Shown here piece after piece: positions 24,780 through 37,083 of a stretch of 64,000 nt of DNA. A program made the translations under genes and the position numbers. The stretch is from Takakia lepidozioides (taxonomy: Eukaryota > Plantae > Bryophyta), in contig CM060733.1 of NCBI GenBank assembly GCA_030704615.1, positions 37,138,001 through 37,202,000 of the forward strand, written 5' to 3'. Numbering within the stretch: position 1 is the first letter of the stretch; every line of letters starts with the position of its first letter. Below the pieces are notes generated by a model, which saw nothing but the letters and a program-made list of their open reading frames with translations, was not told where the DNA came from and ran no database searches.

Positions 24780-26072
24780 TCATCCAATACAACGAGCGCG
24801 ATTGGTACGCCATGCCCGAGTTGGGATATTTTTGGGTGTGGCGCACTCATAATTTGTTGCAAGGGCAGTATTGGTGGCGGGGCATGCACACAGATGTGCA
24901 ACAATTAGTGACAAGGTGCATGGGGGTGTTTGTAGGCTACGGTGGCAGTTTTTGCAGTGACCCCCTTGATAGTGTCACCTATAAAAATTTGACAATTTAA
25001 AATTTCATTGCAATTTCTATGTTGTAAGGTTCTTTTCTACAATGGGAAGATATACCAATTGTTAGATTCCCAGAAACTTGTTTTTGTAGTGAAGAGCTAT
25101 GGACTTTCAAAGGAGTAACTGTGGACTGTAACTGTTACAACATACAAACTTATGGACTAGATAAACATAATGTACACTTGTGAAAAGGCACAATAGAGAA
25201 CAGTTTAAAGGTCCATTTTTTGAATACTCCCCAAATCCACTTTCATATGGAAAAAAAACATAAGAGTTATGGACTAATTTATATTTAAAAAATAGCTCAA
25301 TTTTTATTTGTGGAAAAATCTGTTGAAATTATCTGTTGAAATTAATTTTTGATATATCAGATGTTATTCAAATTAAAGGCTAAAATTTATAGTAAAAAAT
25401 ATCTTTGATGTTTGGGGTAAGACCCTTTACTAAAAATGTTAAATATATCATTGCCTATCATTATTTGAAATTATTTGGGGAATATCATCAATTTAAATTT
25501 GGTCATGGACTTCCATGGAAAACGAATCTGCCGTTTTTGGTCTACCTTACCCTGCAATTGCCCATGGTGTGTGATAGGGTGCGTGCTTCCTTTAATGCAC
25601 CTACTCCACAACTGCATCCTTTACCCATCATGGGATTGTGATATCGATGGAGTCTTGACTTCGTAGGACCATTGTCATTGACGATGCGCCACAATAAGTA
25701 TGTGTCGGTGATGGTTGAACACTTCTCCAAATGGATTGAGCTGGTGCCATTGCCTGACAAGGCAAGTGAGGGGGCTGCGTATGCATTCTTAGATCGAGTG
25801 CTTAGCCAATTTGGTGCTCCAGCCGAAGTATTCACGGACCAGAGGAGAGAGTTCTTGGGGGAATTTCAGGCTTTGTGTGAGCAAACCTTGATAGATCACC
25901 GCACTACTTCTCGGGATCATCCGGAGGCTGATGGCTTGGCGGAGAGAGTTGTTCAGACAGTCAAGAGGGGTTTGCGCAAGTACGGTATGCAGAAGGGACA
26001 CCTGGGAGATTGGGACCTTCAGCTACCTTGGTTGGCTATGGGCTACAGGTTCAGCAAACAAACGTCAATTGC
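24780..26072 (+). pseudogene. gypsy integrase (HHCC finger and DDE core), split by a MITE and truncated at ~26072
   Basis: QYWWRGMHTDVQQLVTRCM|VCDR, WSLDFVGP, VMVEHFSKWIELVPL, EVFTDQRREF, HPEADGLAERVVQTVK. Confidence 0.93.
24924..25563. mobile_element. AT-rich MITE-like insertion (640 bp) in the integrase
   Basis: Direct repeat ATGG flanks it (24920-24923, 25564-25567); degenerate GGG...CCC inverted termini. Removal restores TRCMVCDR. The TSD could be read as 3 bp (ATG) or 4 bp. Confidence 0.8.
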
Positions 26073-26989
26073 GAGCGTAGCTACGGCGCGAGCCTAACTG
26101 CGTGAGCCCAGGAGCTCGGCTCACGCTTTGCCGTCTAAGCGTGAGCCCAGGGTTTAGAGGATGAAGAAGCAAGTCCTATAACCGAGGACAGGGTTTAGAG
26201 GGGTCCTATTACCGTGGAAGCATATATTTTGGAAGAAGAGGTGAACACGGCAAAACTTCCAAACACGGCAAACACGACATATTGAGTCCCCTTTAGAAGC
26301 ACGACGATCGACCCAATTCCCCTCAGCCCTACTTTGTCAACCCCAAGCACGCCTACCCCAAACACTTCACGTAGTTGGTCCCACCCTCCACCAACCCCAA
26401 GCGCTCCACCCTGAAGACGAGCCCCAAGCCACAATCCCACCTGGCCCCACTCTCACCAAGCCCCAACCTTCTGTGGTCACTGTTCCTATAAGTATACTCC
26501 TGCAACAGCCACACCCACTAGTGAGTTGTTTTTTAACCCACCGACAATAGTAGAACTATCTAGAAAGTAGAACTCTCTAGAAAGTCAATTAGTGAACTAG
26601 GGGAGATGGCTATACCAACTCTGGCCCGCGAGTAGTGGGTTTAACGGGTTCTGGACCTAGCTGGCGGGTCCGGGTCCAGTTTTAAAATGAACCCGGGTCA
26701 GGGTCCGAGTTTTTGGTGATGGCACCAGTCCATGGGAGGTGAAGCCCGTCGGATGAGGACACCAGATCCGTTATTGGAGGAAGCTCATGCACATGCAGTA
26801 GAGTGTGAGGGTGCAGATTCTATTTATGAGGATGAACTAAGAAACTTGTGACATGGATGTTGAGCCCCCCCCCCCCCGTGGAGATCACACCACTTTTGGA
26901 GAAATTGTTTGGTCCGAACACTTGGGGTTCTATGGACACCATATTTTGCAATGATCGAAGTGCTTTCACTAGTTTAATTACGCTGGCCA

Positions 26990-27760
26990 ACTCTGCATGC
27001 CTCACATGTTTAGTTTCACAACCCTCTCTTTTTTCCAGTTGTTTTTTATGCCACAAGTGCTAGTCCTGATTTGTAGAGAGAGTAATGTGTATGTAGCAAA
27101 GAGTGTGAAGCATCAGAGTAGGGGTACTAGGTCTGTTTGGAAGCCACTTATTGTCCCTGAGCTGCGAGCATTTATAAGGTTGTCTATTCATGGGCATAAA
27201 AAAATTGTGGAGTAACCGCCGTTATTGGTAGTCATCTAAGATATTCCTTGCTTATCCAGTCATTAGGAAGGTCAAGGCTCGGAATAGGTTTGAGCTAGTA
27301 TCCTACGTTGTCCGCATCTTGTTGACGTCCTTTGGTCCTAATTGCACGAGTCCTTTCATCTATAACAAGGTGGGCAGGTGCGTTGGCTATGCGGTGAAAT
27401 TGTTGCAAGATTCAAGGAACTGTGGAATATGAGTAAGATGGTGACGGTTAATGAAGTCATGATTCACTGCAAAAGCAAATACTGTGCCATTTGACAGTAT
27501 ATGCCTAAGAAACCGATTAATTGGGGCATAAATGGGGCCATTGCAAATCCTGTCAATGGTTATGTTTATGCATTTTGAGTTGTATTTGTGGAAAAAATGG
27601 AGGGCCCGAGGGCATGACATAGAATAGTGGGAAGGGTTAGGGCTATGATGTAGGGACCGGGTTGGTATCTCCATTGCATGGCTTTGGTCATGTCGTAGTG
27701 ACTGACAACATTTTTACCTTACCTCAATTGCCCTATGACATGGCCTTGTTTGTAGGCAGT
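26990..27760 (+). pseudogene. piggyBac-type (DDE_Tnp_1_7-like) transposase relic
   Basis: Across frameshifts: FFQLFF...ICRESNVY, WKPL..ELRAFI, RNRFEL..HLVD, VTVNEVMI.CKSKYC...QYMPKKPINWGI, GYVYAF, GHVVVTDNIFT. These match piggyBac blocks xDExMxxxxG..QYxPxKPxKxGxK and DNxFTS. Confidence 0.8.
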
Positions 27761-28949
27761 TGGGCCACTGACACAATCAGTTGAATAACAAGTTGGGCTA
27801 CCTCTTCGCATTTATTACCATGAAAAAATCCAAGACAGCCCAACCAGGGGACTCTTGGTTCAGGATGAATGTCACAGGTTCCGCTTGGGCGCCATGAATA
27901 TCGTTGCGCGTGCCCTTGCAGCCCACACAGCTCGAACTTCACAAAACCGTCAAATACAGACACCACACCCATCAACGAAAAACTGCACAACCCACAGTAC
28001 TGTAGTAGCAAGCATTTGTCAACCACGCCATACGAGTCTTGTGTCTGTCCTAGTACCAACCACACAACTTATAATTCACAACACATTAATGAAGATAGAC
28101 ACCACCTCATAATCGAAAGACTGCACATCCATACCCCACAAGTTTCTGTGTGCAAGTACATGAAGAGTTACAACACCCCTAGGTACGATGAGATGAATAC
28201 TAACAACAAATATGATCACATAGTAAAGACCCTAGAACACAAACAAGAACGTAACTATGCTACTCTACAGCTCCCGCGAGGTCAAACGCAGGACGTCGGG
28301 CACAACCCATCGTGCGAGAAATGAGGGTCGACGCCCCAATGCAAGCGTGCATTGGAGCTTGAAAGAGGAGCTATAACGAATAACTTGAATGCAACAAAGC
28401 CATAGCGAACTGTGGAGACGAGAGAATTAATCGTAGGAAGACACAATGCGCGCGGAAGCTGAGCTTAGCGGATGACGGGTTGCCACCTACTATGAGAAGG
28501 CATGTGGCTGCCGTTGTCTGCACGGGCGGACCTGCAGCTCGCCGTTAGGCCCATCGCCGCGAAATGACCTGCCACGTGGGCAGGTCAATTGTGTTGGTAG
28601 TCCCCAGCCTTCGATTTTTGGATACCCCTAGGGCTTTAGAAAATCCTAGCAAGATGGTTTTTACTTGTTTTGGGGCGTAATAAATTCGCCCATGTGCTTG
28701 TCGATGCAACACTCACTTTTCATTCGGGGTATTTTTTCATCCATCGTCATCCACAAAAGTTATTTCATGGATGAAAATGGCAACTACGACCCTATTTAGA
28801 TCGCTTAGACCTTTAGGGGTTAAGTGTACTTTCAAAGTGACTCCCCAAACTTTCTCCAGCACTCCACCTACAATATTGGGTGCTAATAATATGAGGCATA
28901 GCATGATCTAGAGAGTGCGATGTAACATTAAAATGTGAACGCGTTGCGA

Positions 28950-29100
28950 AAGCAAGTGTAACTTATGGTATCATTTGACCCCAAAAAGGCTATTGCCTTC
29001 TGGTGGAAATGTGTCCACACGTTTCTATAACATCCAACATGTGGTTTGAACCAACAACCCACAACCATTAGCGAGGCGGCTTTATGCCATTGCAATGTTG
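28950..29100 (-). mobile_element. Diverged copy of the SINE at 23469-23641
   Basis: Shares blocks GTAACTTAT, GGCTA(C/T)TGCCTTC and GTGGTTTGAACC in the same order. No TSD resolved. Confidence 0.5.
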
Positions 29101-31020
29101 GTTGACTTGAAATGCATTGGTTTAGAGACTCTTGTCCACCGTGGGTCTTGGGAAATGAGGTATATCAGGATCCCAGGTTGGGGTGCACCTAGCATAATGC
29201 CATAGGCGGCTCGTTCCGTGGTGTTAAGAACTGAAGATCCCTCAGTTCTTTTGAGTTCCCTCTAGTTCATTAGCGTTCCCTCATGGGGCCACTGCCAATT
29301 TGGTATGCAGAGTCCAAGATTCTGGATAGCAAATTGGGGTAGCGGCACTTGGCACCTAATTGCGGCATACAATCGCCCTCTAAAACAGCATAATCTCCCT
29401 CCAATGCTCTTAACAAAAAAGAAGACCTATAGTGGTGGGACCTATTATTGCATTGAGTCCCCTGACCTTGTGCACCTGCACTCCCCTAAATATTGCACAC
29501 CCATTCCCGGACTCGCTCTCTTTCCGGGCTCATTCAACATTGATCTCAAAATATAGTTCACTTTGCAAATTCCGATAATTTGCTAGTGTGACTTGTGACC
29601 TACTACCTCAGTAATAGTGCTGTGGTACGAATTTCATTAAAAAAATATTACTGGATGACTCGGACAATATTCCGAATAGAATTGCATGCTCTCCTCCTCT
29701 TCAATATCTCGAACCTAGGGCTTGGAGCGGTGTCTCATTTCTCAGCCTTCATGGCTTATGTAAGGTTATTTTTTCCTTACCCCTCTGTATTTCTCGGACT
29801 ATTCGGTCCATTATTTATAAAATTTTGAGGCCACTGTCCCACAAAAAAAAAATAATGTTAAATGCGCAATAATAGGGTCCCTTAGCCTACTGGTATTTAG
29901 AGATTCCACGCGGTTCATCCCTAACCGACTTACTGGGAGCAAGGTGAGGACGGCCGGCTTGACTAAGCCGCACAACTAAGAAAGTGCATGACATGGCAGA
30001 ACGGCGCCACATCAGCGCCACGTCGGCAATGCTGTTATCCGAGCATTGTGCGAGGTAGAGGAGTTAGGAGGACCCAAGTGGGAATCTTGGATTGGAGGAG
30101 CGGCGCACACACAGTGTGCAGAGCAGAGCAGCAAGTTTGTGTGCCTAGGTTTTGCTGCTTGTCTGGAGAGAAGCAGGAGGACCAGCGTGCAGAGGGAAGC
30201 CGGGGTCGTCGGATGCAGGTGGAACATCGTGGTGAAAGCTAGGTATGATATCTGAATGTTTGCGCCTTTTGTGTGGATGTCTCGGCACTAGATCCAGTGT
30301 TGTTCTGAATGCAGTCTTGGGGATCGCTCCCGTGTGAGCCTTTGCACCTTCAAAGGGTGGTTAGGGTTTTGAAGTGATTAGGAAAGGTTGAGGACTCCGG
30401 TGATTTTGTCTTACTGCGGCGCATGGAAGGAATTGGGGAATCTGTTGCGGCGGGGGTTCCGCTTGCCCACAGGTGGACATGAAAGGATTTTGAATTGAAA
30501 TCTTAATATTGAAGTTCAAATGGCTAAGCTGTGCCTGTTGATCTTTCGATCCTTTCTACTGCACGTGTGGCCGTACATTTTGTTGGAAGGACTGTATTTG
30601 TGGTTGGGAGTCAAGTCAGGAGCATCTAAAGATGTGAGAACTTACTTATAAGGCATGCTTGTGTTCTTTGTGCACTTGTGGGGCATCCTCTTTGATATCA
30701 CTTTTCACAAGGCTTTTGGCACATACACATTGCTGCTTGAGGGCCTTTGTCAGCTGACTCCTAGTCTATCTCCTCTTCCTTTCCACACGTATGTCTCCAT
30801 GCGCATGTCTCCCCCACTCTCTCATGGCCCTCATAGCATTTTCTGCAATCTTCTCACACTGCAACACCTTGTGGTGCCCTTTCCGATGTACTCTCCTGCC
30901 TCTTTTGGTCACCTCTTTTCCCAAAATTCTTCTGTCTTCTATCCTCTTCAGCTGCACTGCAAGCTCCTATATAGGTGAAGATTTGTTTCTCAAGGACGAG
31001 AAAAGGTTCAAGAGATCGCC

Positions 31021-34000
31021 ATGTCGGATGCAAGTGCTTCACCTGAGGAGGTCCACGATGAGGAACAGGTTGACATTGATGGAGGAGTGGACCTAGATGA
31101 CGAAGTAGATGATACCAGTGCCGATCCTGAGGAGGAAGAGGAGGAAGAGGAGGAGGATAAGACCACAGGCTTGGACCTGGATGTTCCTGAAGAGGAACAC
31201 AGTGGTTCCCAGGAAGACCAGGATGCCAACGTTCTCAATGGTGAACATCAGGATGCAGCTGAGTCTGTGGCCGTGGATGAGGATGTTCTTGTTGTCGATG
31301 ATGATATTAAAGAGAAAGACAAGGAGGAGAAGGAAGGTGAAAAGAGCGGGGAGCTTCTTGACCGCCCCCCTCATGGATCAGAAGTATTTGTCGGTGGAAT
31401 TACTCGGGACACCACAGATGATGACTTGCGTGCCCTATGCTCTTGTTGCGGTGATATCTATGAGGTGATCTTTGTAACAGCAGGAGTCGATACTAGTAGC
31501 CAGTTCTCTCTTACAAGTCCATTTTGTTTTCTGTCTTGTCTTATTGCAACCTTACACCTGATCTGATAATTGGGCCGAGGGCCAAAATGTGAATATCTCT
31601 TCAGCTGCTAATTTTAGATCCTGAGAGCTTCAGGTAGCATCAATTGTATTTTCTGAAGATCTGGTCAGGGTGTGAAGTGATGCAGAAATTTTGTGAAATT
31701 ACTCGTGTATATGTTGGGTTCCAAGGTGAAAAAGAGGACTAATATGTTGCCTGTGGTCTTTCAAAGACTGGGATGCAGCTATCGATGGTTTTAGCTTCAT
31801 AAATTGAGCTTTAACAGGTTCAATTATTTGCAGCCCTAATACTAGAGTAGTGGCATGCTCCAGGTTCGACTGCTGAAGGATAAGGATACTGGTCAAAACA
31901 AGGGTTATGCCTTTGTCACCTTCACGACTGAGGACAGTGCAGAAAAAGCCATAGAAACTTTGAACGATTCAGAGGTGAAGGTATGGTTCTTTTTGCTCCT
32001 GTTGTTGATTTTGAGGTTTTTGTCACTGGAGCCAGGGTTTCCCTCTGTCAAAGAAAGAATGGTTTTTGCATGGAAGGCTTTTAATGCACTAATTTTCAGT
32101 TGCTATGTTGCAGTTTCAGTAGATATGGAGTTCCAATTCTGTCTGTATGTGTAAGATAAATTTAAGAGTGCTTTTGCCATTGTATCAAAATATTCTGGGG
32201 CTGTTCGATGGACCTGACATGTCCGCCCCTTCTCCATTGTTGTTTGTTGCAGGGGCGCAAGTTAAGATTCTCCCACTCCCAGTCAAAGCACCGGCTGTTT
32301 GTGGGAAATATTCCAAAAGCGTGGGATAAGGATGAGCTTGAGAAAGTTCTTTCTGAACAGGGACCTGGGATTCAGAGCGTTGAACTGCTCAAGGTATACA
32401 TTTTCAAAGGTCAATTTCTCCGCTTAGAGTTGAGTTACAACATGCAATCCCAAAAGCCAGGGGATCTTTAAAATAGTATGTATGTTTGTAATAAATTGAG
32501 AAGAATTGGACTAATGGGGTACCGGGGGGTGTCGGAGAAGTGCTTTGCATATTCCTGTAGTTGCTACCACGGTTTGACACAGAATTGTAAGTTATGAGAC
32601 CATCTAATTCACGTTGCTTGGAGATGTGTGCTAAGTAAGACATGCCTGACCAAGTCAACCTCATCCGGGGCTATTTGGACCTGGTCAGGGTTGTTTCTCA
32701 AATATTGGGTCTTTTTTCGCTTTTGTTGATTTGTTATGTTGGCGGATGGTTGGAGTTTTCAAGTGTTTAGAATTTGCAGTCCTTCGAATGCTCGTCATTC
32801 TGTAAGTTTTGGGGGTTGCAGGATCCAAAGAACCCAGGTAGAAATCGTGGGTTTGCTTTTGTCGAGTATTACAATCATGCCTGCGCTGAGCACGCCAGAA
32901 GAGTAATGTCAAAGCCAAGTTTCCGCCTAGGGAGCAACACTCCCACCATCAGTTGGGCTGATCCCCGCAGCGGGCCTGATGCCTCTGCCATGTCGCAGGT
33001 GGGTTCATCAATAGTTGTTGTGGGTCTCTTTTTCCGCTGTCAGGCTGTCTCAACTAGTGTTGACATCACCAACTGTGGGGAACTACTTAGTCATGTCACC
33101 TATTTGCAAATTTAGAGACAGTTTTGTGCAAGGTAGGATAAGGGTGTGTGCTACTTATAGCAATTGTCTGGAGAGAAATTGTCCTTCACTATGTCAACTT
33201 TGTTGTATGTGCCATCGCAGTTCTTGCTGATGCAGGCATGCATGTTCACAGAGCTGTGTGATGTGGCCTAATCACCTCAGAAATGGCAGGAACTAATTTC
33301 CAGGCTTTGGTTTCAGTTGGTTGTCATCTTCATTTCTCAATGTTGTGTAGCTAGCTCTAGTTGTCAGGGATTGATCATCATGGGTGCTTCACTTGTCTAT
33401 CCTGAATGCCAGGTTGCATTTCTTTGATATGCATGTTGGCTGTGGATATTCTCTGCTGATTATATCAGCCTTAATCTAGGTTTAAAAAGTGGGCGTTGAG
33501 TTTGAATTCCCTCATATTACTTGTTCAGGTGAAGGTTGTGTATGTTCGGAACTTACCAGATTCCACGACTGAAGAGCAGTTGCAGAAGCTGTTTGAACGT
33601 CATGGTGAAGTCACAAAGGTTGTATTGCCTTCCACCAAACCTGGGCAGGCCAAACGTGACTTTGGGTTTGTGCATTTTGGTGATCGAAGTTGTGCGCTCA
33701 AGGCCATCGAGAAGACAGAGACATATGAGTTGGAAGGTGATTATGCATTCTGTGTTCCTGCCTTACTTTTTTGTATATGTGGAACCTGCATCATGGGGAA
33801 TATAATCACCATTATTGGTTTGGTGGATATTGCAGGCCGTTTGCTAGAAACCTCCTTGGCAAAGCCGCCAGCTGATAAGAGGGCCTTGGGGCTGGAGCCT
33901 GCCTATCCTCCTCAGCGGGCAGGACTTTTGCCACAGTACCAGGCTCGGGGCGGGTATGGATATGGTGCTGCTGATATGTACAACAATGTGGGTGCCACGT

Positions 34001-34801
34001 ATGCACCAGCCAGGGGTTATAATCAGGTCAGTATCTGTTAAGTTGTTGTGTCAAAATTTCACTGCCAGTCACAAAAGTCTCAAATTCTGAAGAATGTGAG
34101 TGTTTGGGAGATCTTTTTGGAGGATTTCTTCGCTGCTTTTGACTAAATTTGAATAATCTGGCAGCCTGTGATCTACGGTCGTGGACCACCACCAGCGGGC
34201 ATGACAATGGTTCCCATGATGCTTCCAGATGGCCGGGTTGGCTATGTCCTGTAAGTAACGCAGGGTCCTGATCTTTTCCCATGCATGTTCATTCCATTGA
34301 GCTTTAAAGTTCTGGAATTTTTCAAAGTTTTACACTGGATCAATTGCACTGGATAGTATTTATTACTGCTGGACCTCAAAATTATGCAAGAAGCTAAAAC
34401 ATGTCAAATGTTAAAATCAGGGGACCTAAGGTCCAATGGCTCCTGTCTTTCCTAGTCTCTCATCTAAAGTATCTGGTGTTCCTACCTTTGAAGCCTCTAT
34501 CTATGCGCATGATTCTTCGTTGGAAGAGGAGAAATGAGAGTAATAGCATGCAGATGGAATATCTTCTTGGGGATTGGGCAAGTAACTATATAAGGATGAG
34601 GTCCACAAATTAGAGACAGAATCCGTAACCTGTTGGTGGGGTGGACACAGGCAACAACCGGGGGGAGCGATACAAGGAGGACCTGCGCCCTACCGAGGAG
34701 GAAGAGGTGGCCATGGGCTGTTGCCATATAGGCAGAGCGGGAACACTAGTGGTGGTGCAGCATCCGGTGCTAGTGGGGCTCGTCGCTATCGCCCTTACTG
34801 A
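31021..34801 (+). CDS. hnRNP Q/R-like RNA-binding protein with 3 RRMs (LIF2-like family)
   Basis: Phase-consistent GT-AG exons 31021-31464, 31864-31980, 32253-32393, 32822-32998, 33529-33736, 33836-34026, 34165-34250 and 34651-34801. Motifs: PPHGSEVFVGG, KGYAFVTF, RLFVGNIP, RGFAFVEY, RDFGFVHF, PMMLPDGRVGYVLQQPG and C-terminal RRYRPY (PY-NLS-like). A probable 5'UTR exon ends at ~30242. Confidence 0.93.
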
Positions 34802-37083
34802 TTGATTGTTCCTTCTTTGGTAGATTTTGTGACTACTCTACTCTTCATCTTGAGTTGCTCAGTTGGAGTGTAGCAGTCTCAGTGCAACGGTTCAGTGTGG
34901 ATATCTGATGATTCAGTGCCAATCACTGCAATTTGCTGGCCAATCGCTTTAAGGTCTAAAATCCATATGAGAACTTCCATGTCTTCAACATCTTTGTGAT
35001 TGCTCAAAACAAATTGACCTTTAAATAATTTGTCTTCCACCTCAGTTGTGTCGCATCACCCGAGGGAGTGAGCAGAGCTGTAAAGTTTCTTGAGGAACTA
35101 TGCCGTGAAAAGTCATCTAATTTGGCTCCAATGAATGATTTCAGTCTATTGAAAGTGACACTCCTGGAGGAGTGGATTCTCATAGTTCTATGCAGGTTCG
35201 CTAGTGGATAGAATCTGATGTCTCTAAACAACCTCATCACATTGAGCAGTGAGTTTCTTGGTATCATCAATCCCGAGAGGCCTGTGCCCTGTAAGCACAG
35301 GAAAGCTTGCCCAAGGTGCTTTGACAAAGACTACAAGCGTCCAAGATTTTCTACTAGTGTGAAGGTTGTTGCAACTGGCTACAATTTACATTGGAATGCT
35401 GGTTCGGACTTTAGACCTCATCCCCTTGTTACAAATGTCATGTCTTTGAGATGATTCTGCCTGGCAATGCTCCCGAATAAGAAGACAGAGAAATGGTGGA
35501 TGGACCATTCTAGGTCCTGTGACTGTCTGTTTCATGCACATTTATAGGGGTCCGTCTTACAATGTGGTCTGAATTGGGTCATCTCCCTTATAACAAAGAA
35601 AATATCCATGGAGGTGTATCAGCAGCAAGCCCTCTATGCGATTGCAAACATCTACAAATGTTCAGAATTCTTCAAGTGAAGGCCCCAGGGTGTAGCTTTT
35701 CAGAGATATATTGAGCTCCAACCATGATCTTTGATCTCAAGGTCGTGATTTTAGCTGCCCGCCGCTGAAGGATTGTGAGTGCTACACATCCTCACCCAAT
35801 TTGGGGAGAGGAGAAGCTGTTCCTGGCATGTGACACTGCAAGCTTTGTGTCCTTTCTTAGAGTGTTCAGATTTCAGATATCCTGTAAAGCTTTTTGAGGG
35901 CCTCTAAATATATAACTGGGCTAAATTAGTCTATCAGGTCATAATATATATAGATATATCTCTATAAGTGTTTTTGTTTTCAAATTTGGAAAATAACAGG
36001 AGTGGCTACTGAGTTTTGCAGGAAATAGCCATATTTTCTGTTCATCCACTGAAATTTGGACAGAATCATCCACTTCTGTACTTTCATCCATGTATATCAT
36101 CCATATTAGGCGAATTCATCCTCAGTTTATTTTTTCTTGGAAAATATTGGCGATTTCATCCATGAGAAAATAGGGAATTTACGACAGAGTATTCGATTTG
36201 TTTTATTTTTATTTTTAAAATAGTTAACAGGGGGATTGAAGCCCTGATTATTTATTATAAATTATTGTGGGGAAAAAAATTAAAACCCATATTACACCAT
36301 AAGGCACACAAGTTTTTTTCTTTGAGGTCGAAAAAGTGCGAAATTTCGCCAGAAATAAAAACACAGTAGCCGACCGAGTTTGAACCCGGGGCCTCAAGTC
36401 TGATAGATAATAAAGAAGAAATAAATAAACATGGCCGAGTGTTTACTACGCAGCTGCGGCGCCCTCCCTCGTCTCTCTCAGGCTGCTGCTTCTGCTCTGC
36501 ACGCGAGCGTGTGCTCGCTCTTTCTTTCCCGGCAAATCTCTCTGCGTTCATCTGCAACCCTAAACCTCTGATTCTCTTGCTTTTCTCGTTTCCTTGTGCT
36601 ATGCGTCTGTGTGCACTGCGTACCCGCAGTCTCTCCGCATCTGTGGACTGTCCTCATTGTCGTCTTGCCCCTCCAAGGGGCTTTTTCTGGTTTGCCCTAT
36701 TTGGTCCATCCTCTGATCGTCTTCGGAGTCCCTTGCTGTGTTGCTTCTCCGCTTAGGTCGCTTCAAGGACGCTAGAGAAGAATTTCTTCCTGCCTCTCCC
36801 GCTGTCTTATGTTCTCCCCTGCCTCCTTGTCGGCTCGCTTCTTTCTTACTTGCAGTGCCTGCCTTGTCGTTTTCTCGTCTGTTGCCATCACGAAAGCCTC
36901 TTGTTTGTCCGTCGGTTTGCCTGAGTAGTTTTTTTTCCTTTTTCTTTTTTTTAAATTTCTCAATCTGCCTATTGCTGCTCTGGCGTGCCCGTAATAGATG
37001 TTAGCTCCCTTGTGTTTGGGAAGTGAGCACTTATGCTGTGTAGCTGTCTGCCTTGAGAGAGAGGAAATAGCGTGACTGACAGC

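Larger units (their letters stand above)
1550..26072 (+). mobile_element. Degenerate Ty3/gypsy LTR retrotransposon internal region (gag-PR-DNMT-RH-INT), interrupted by several insertions
   Basis: gag-like peptides at 1563-2250 continue in frame at 20808 once the 2251-20799 insertion is removed. Two CCHC knuckles lie in 20933-21199, the protease LLDS motif at ~22085, RNase H at 24150-24420 and integrase at 24780-26072. RH before INT is the gypsy order. No 5' LTR recognised in the window. Confidence 0.9.

Noticed and set aside
30361-30369. Telo-box (TTAGGGTTT) as a regulatory site
   Set aside because: The same 9-mer recurs in introns and in TE sequence elsewhere in the window; not supportable from sequence alone.
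36365-36410. tRNA gene on the minus strand (box B GGTTCAAACTC)
   Set aside because: Only a 3'-half-like stretch; no box A, D-arm or acceptor stem.
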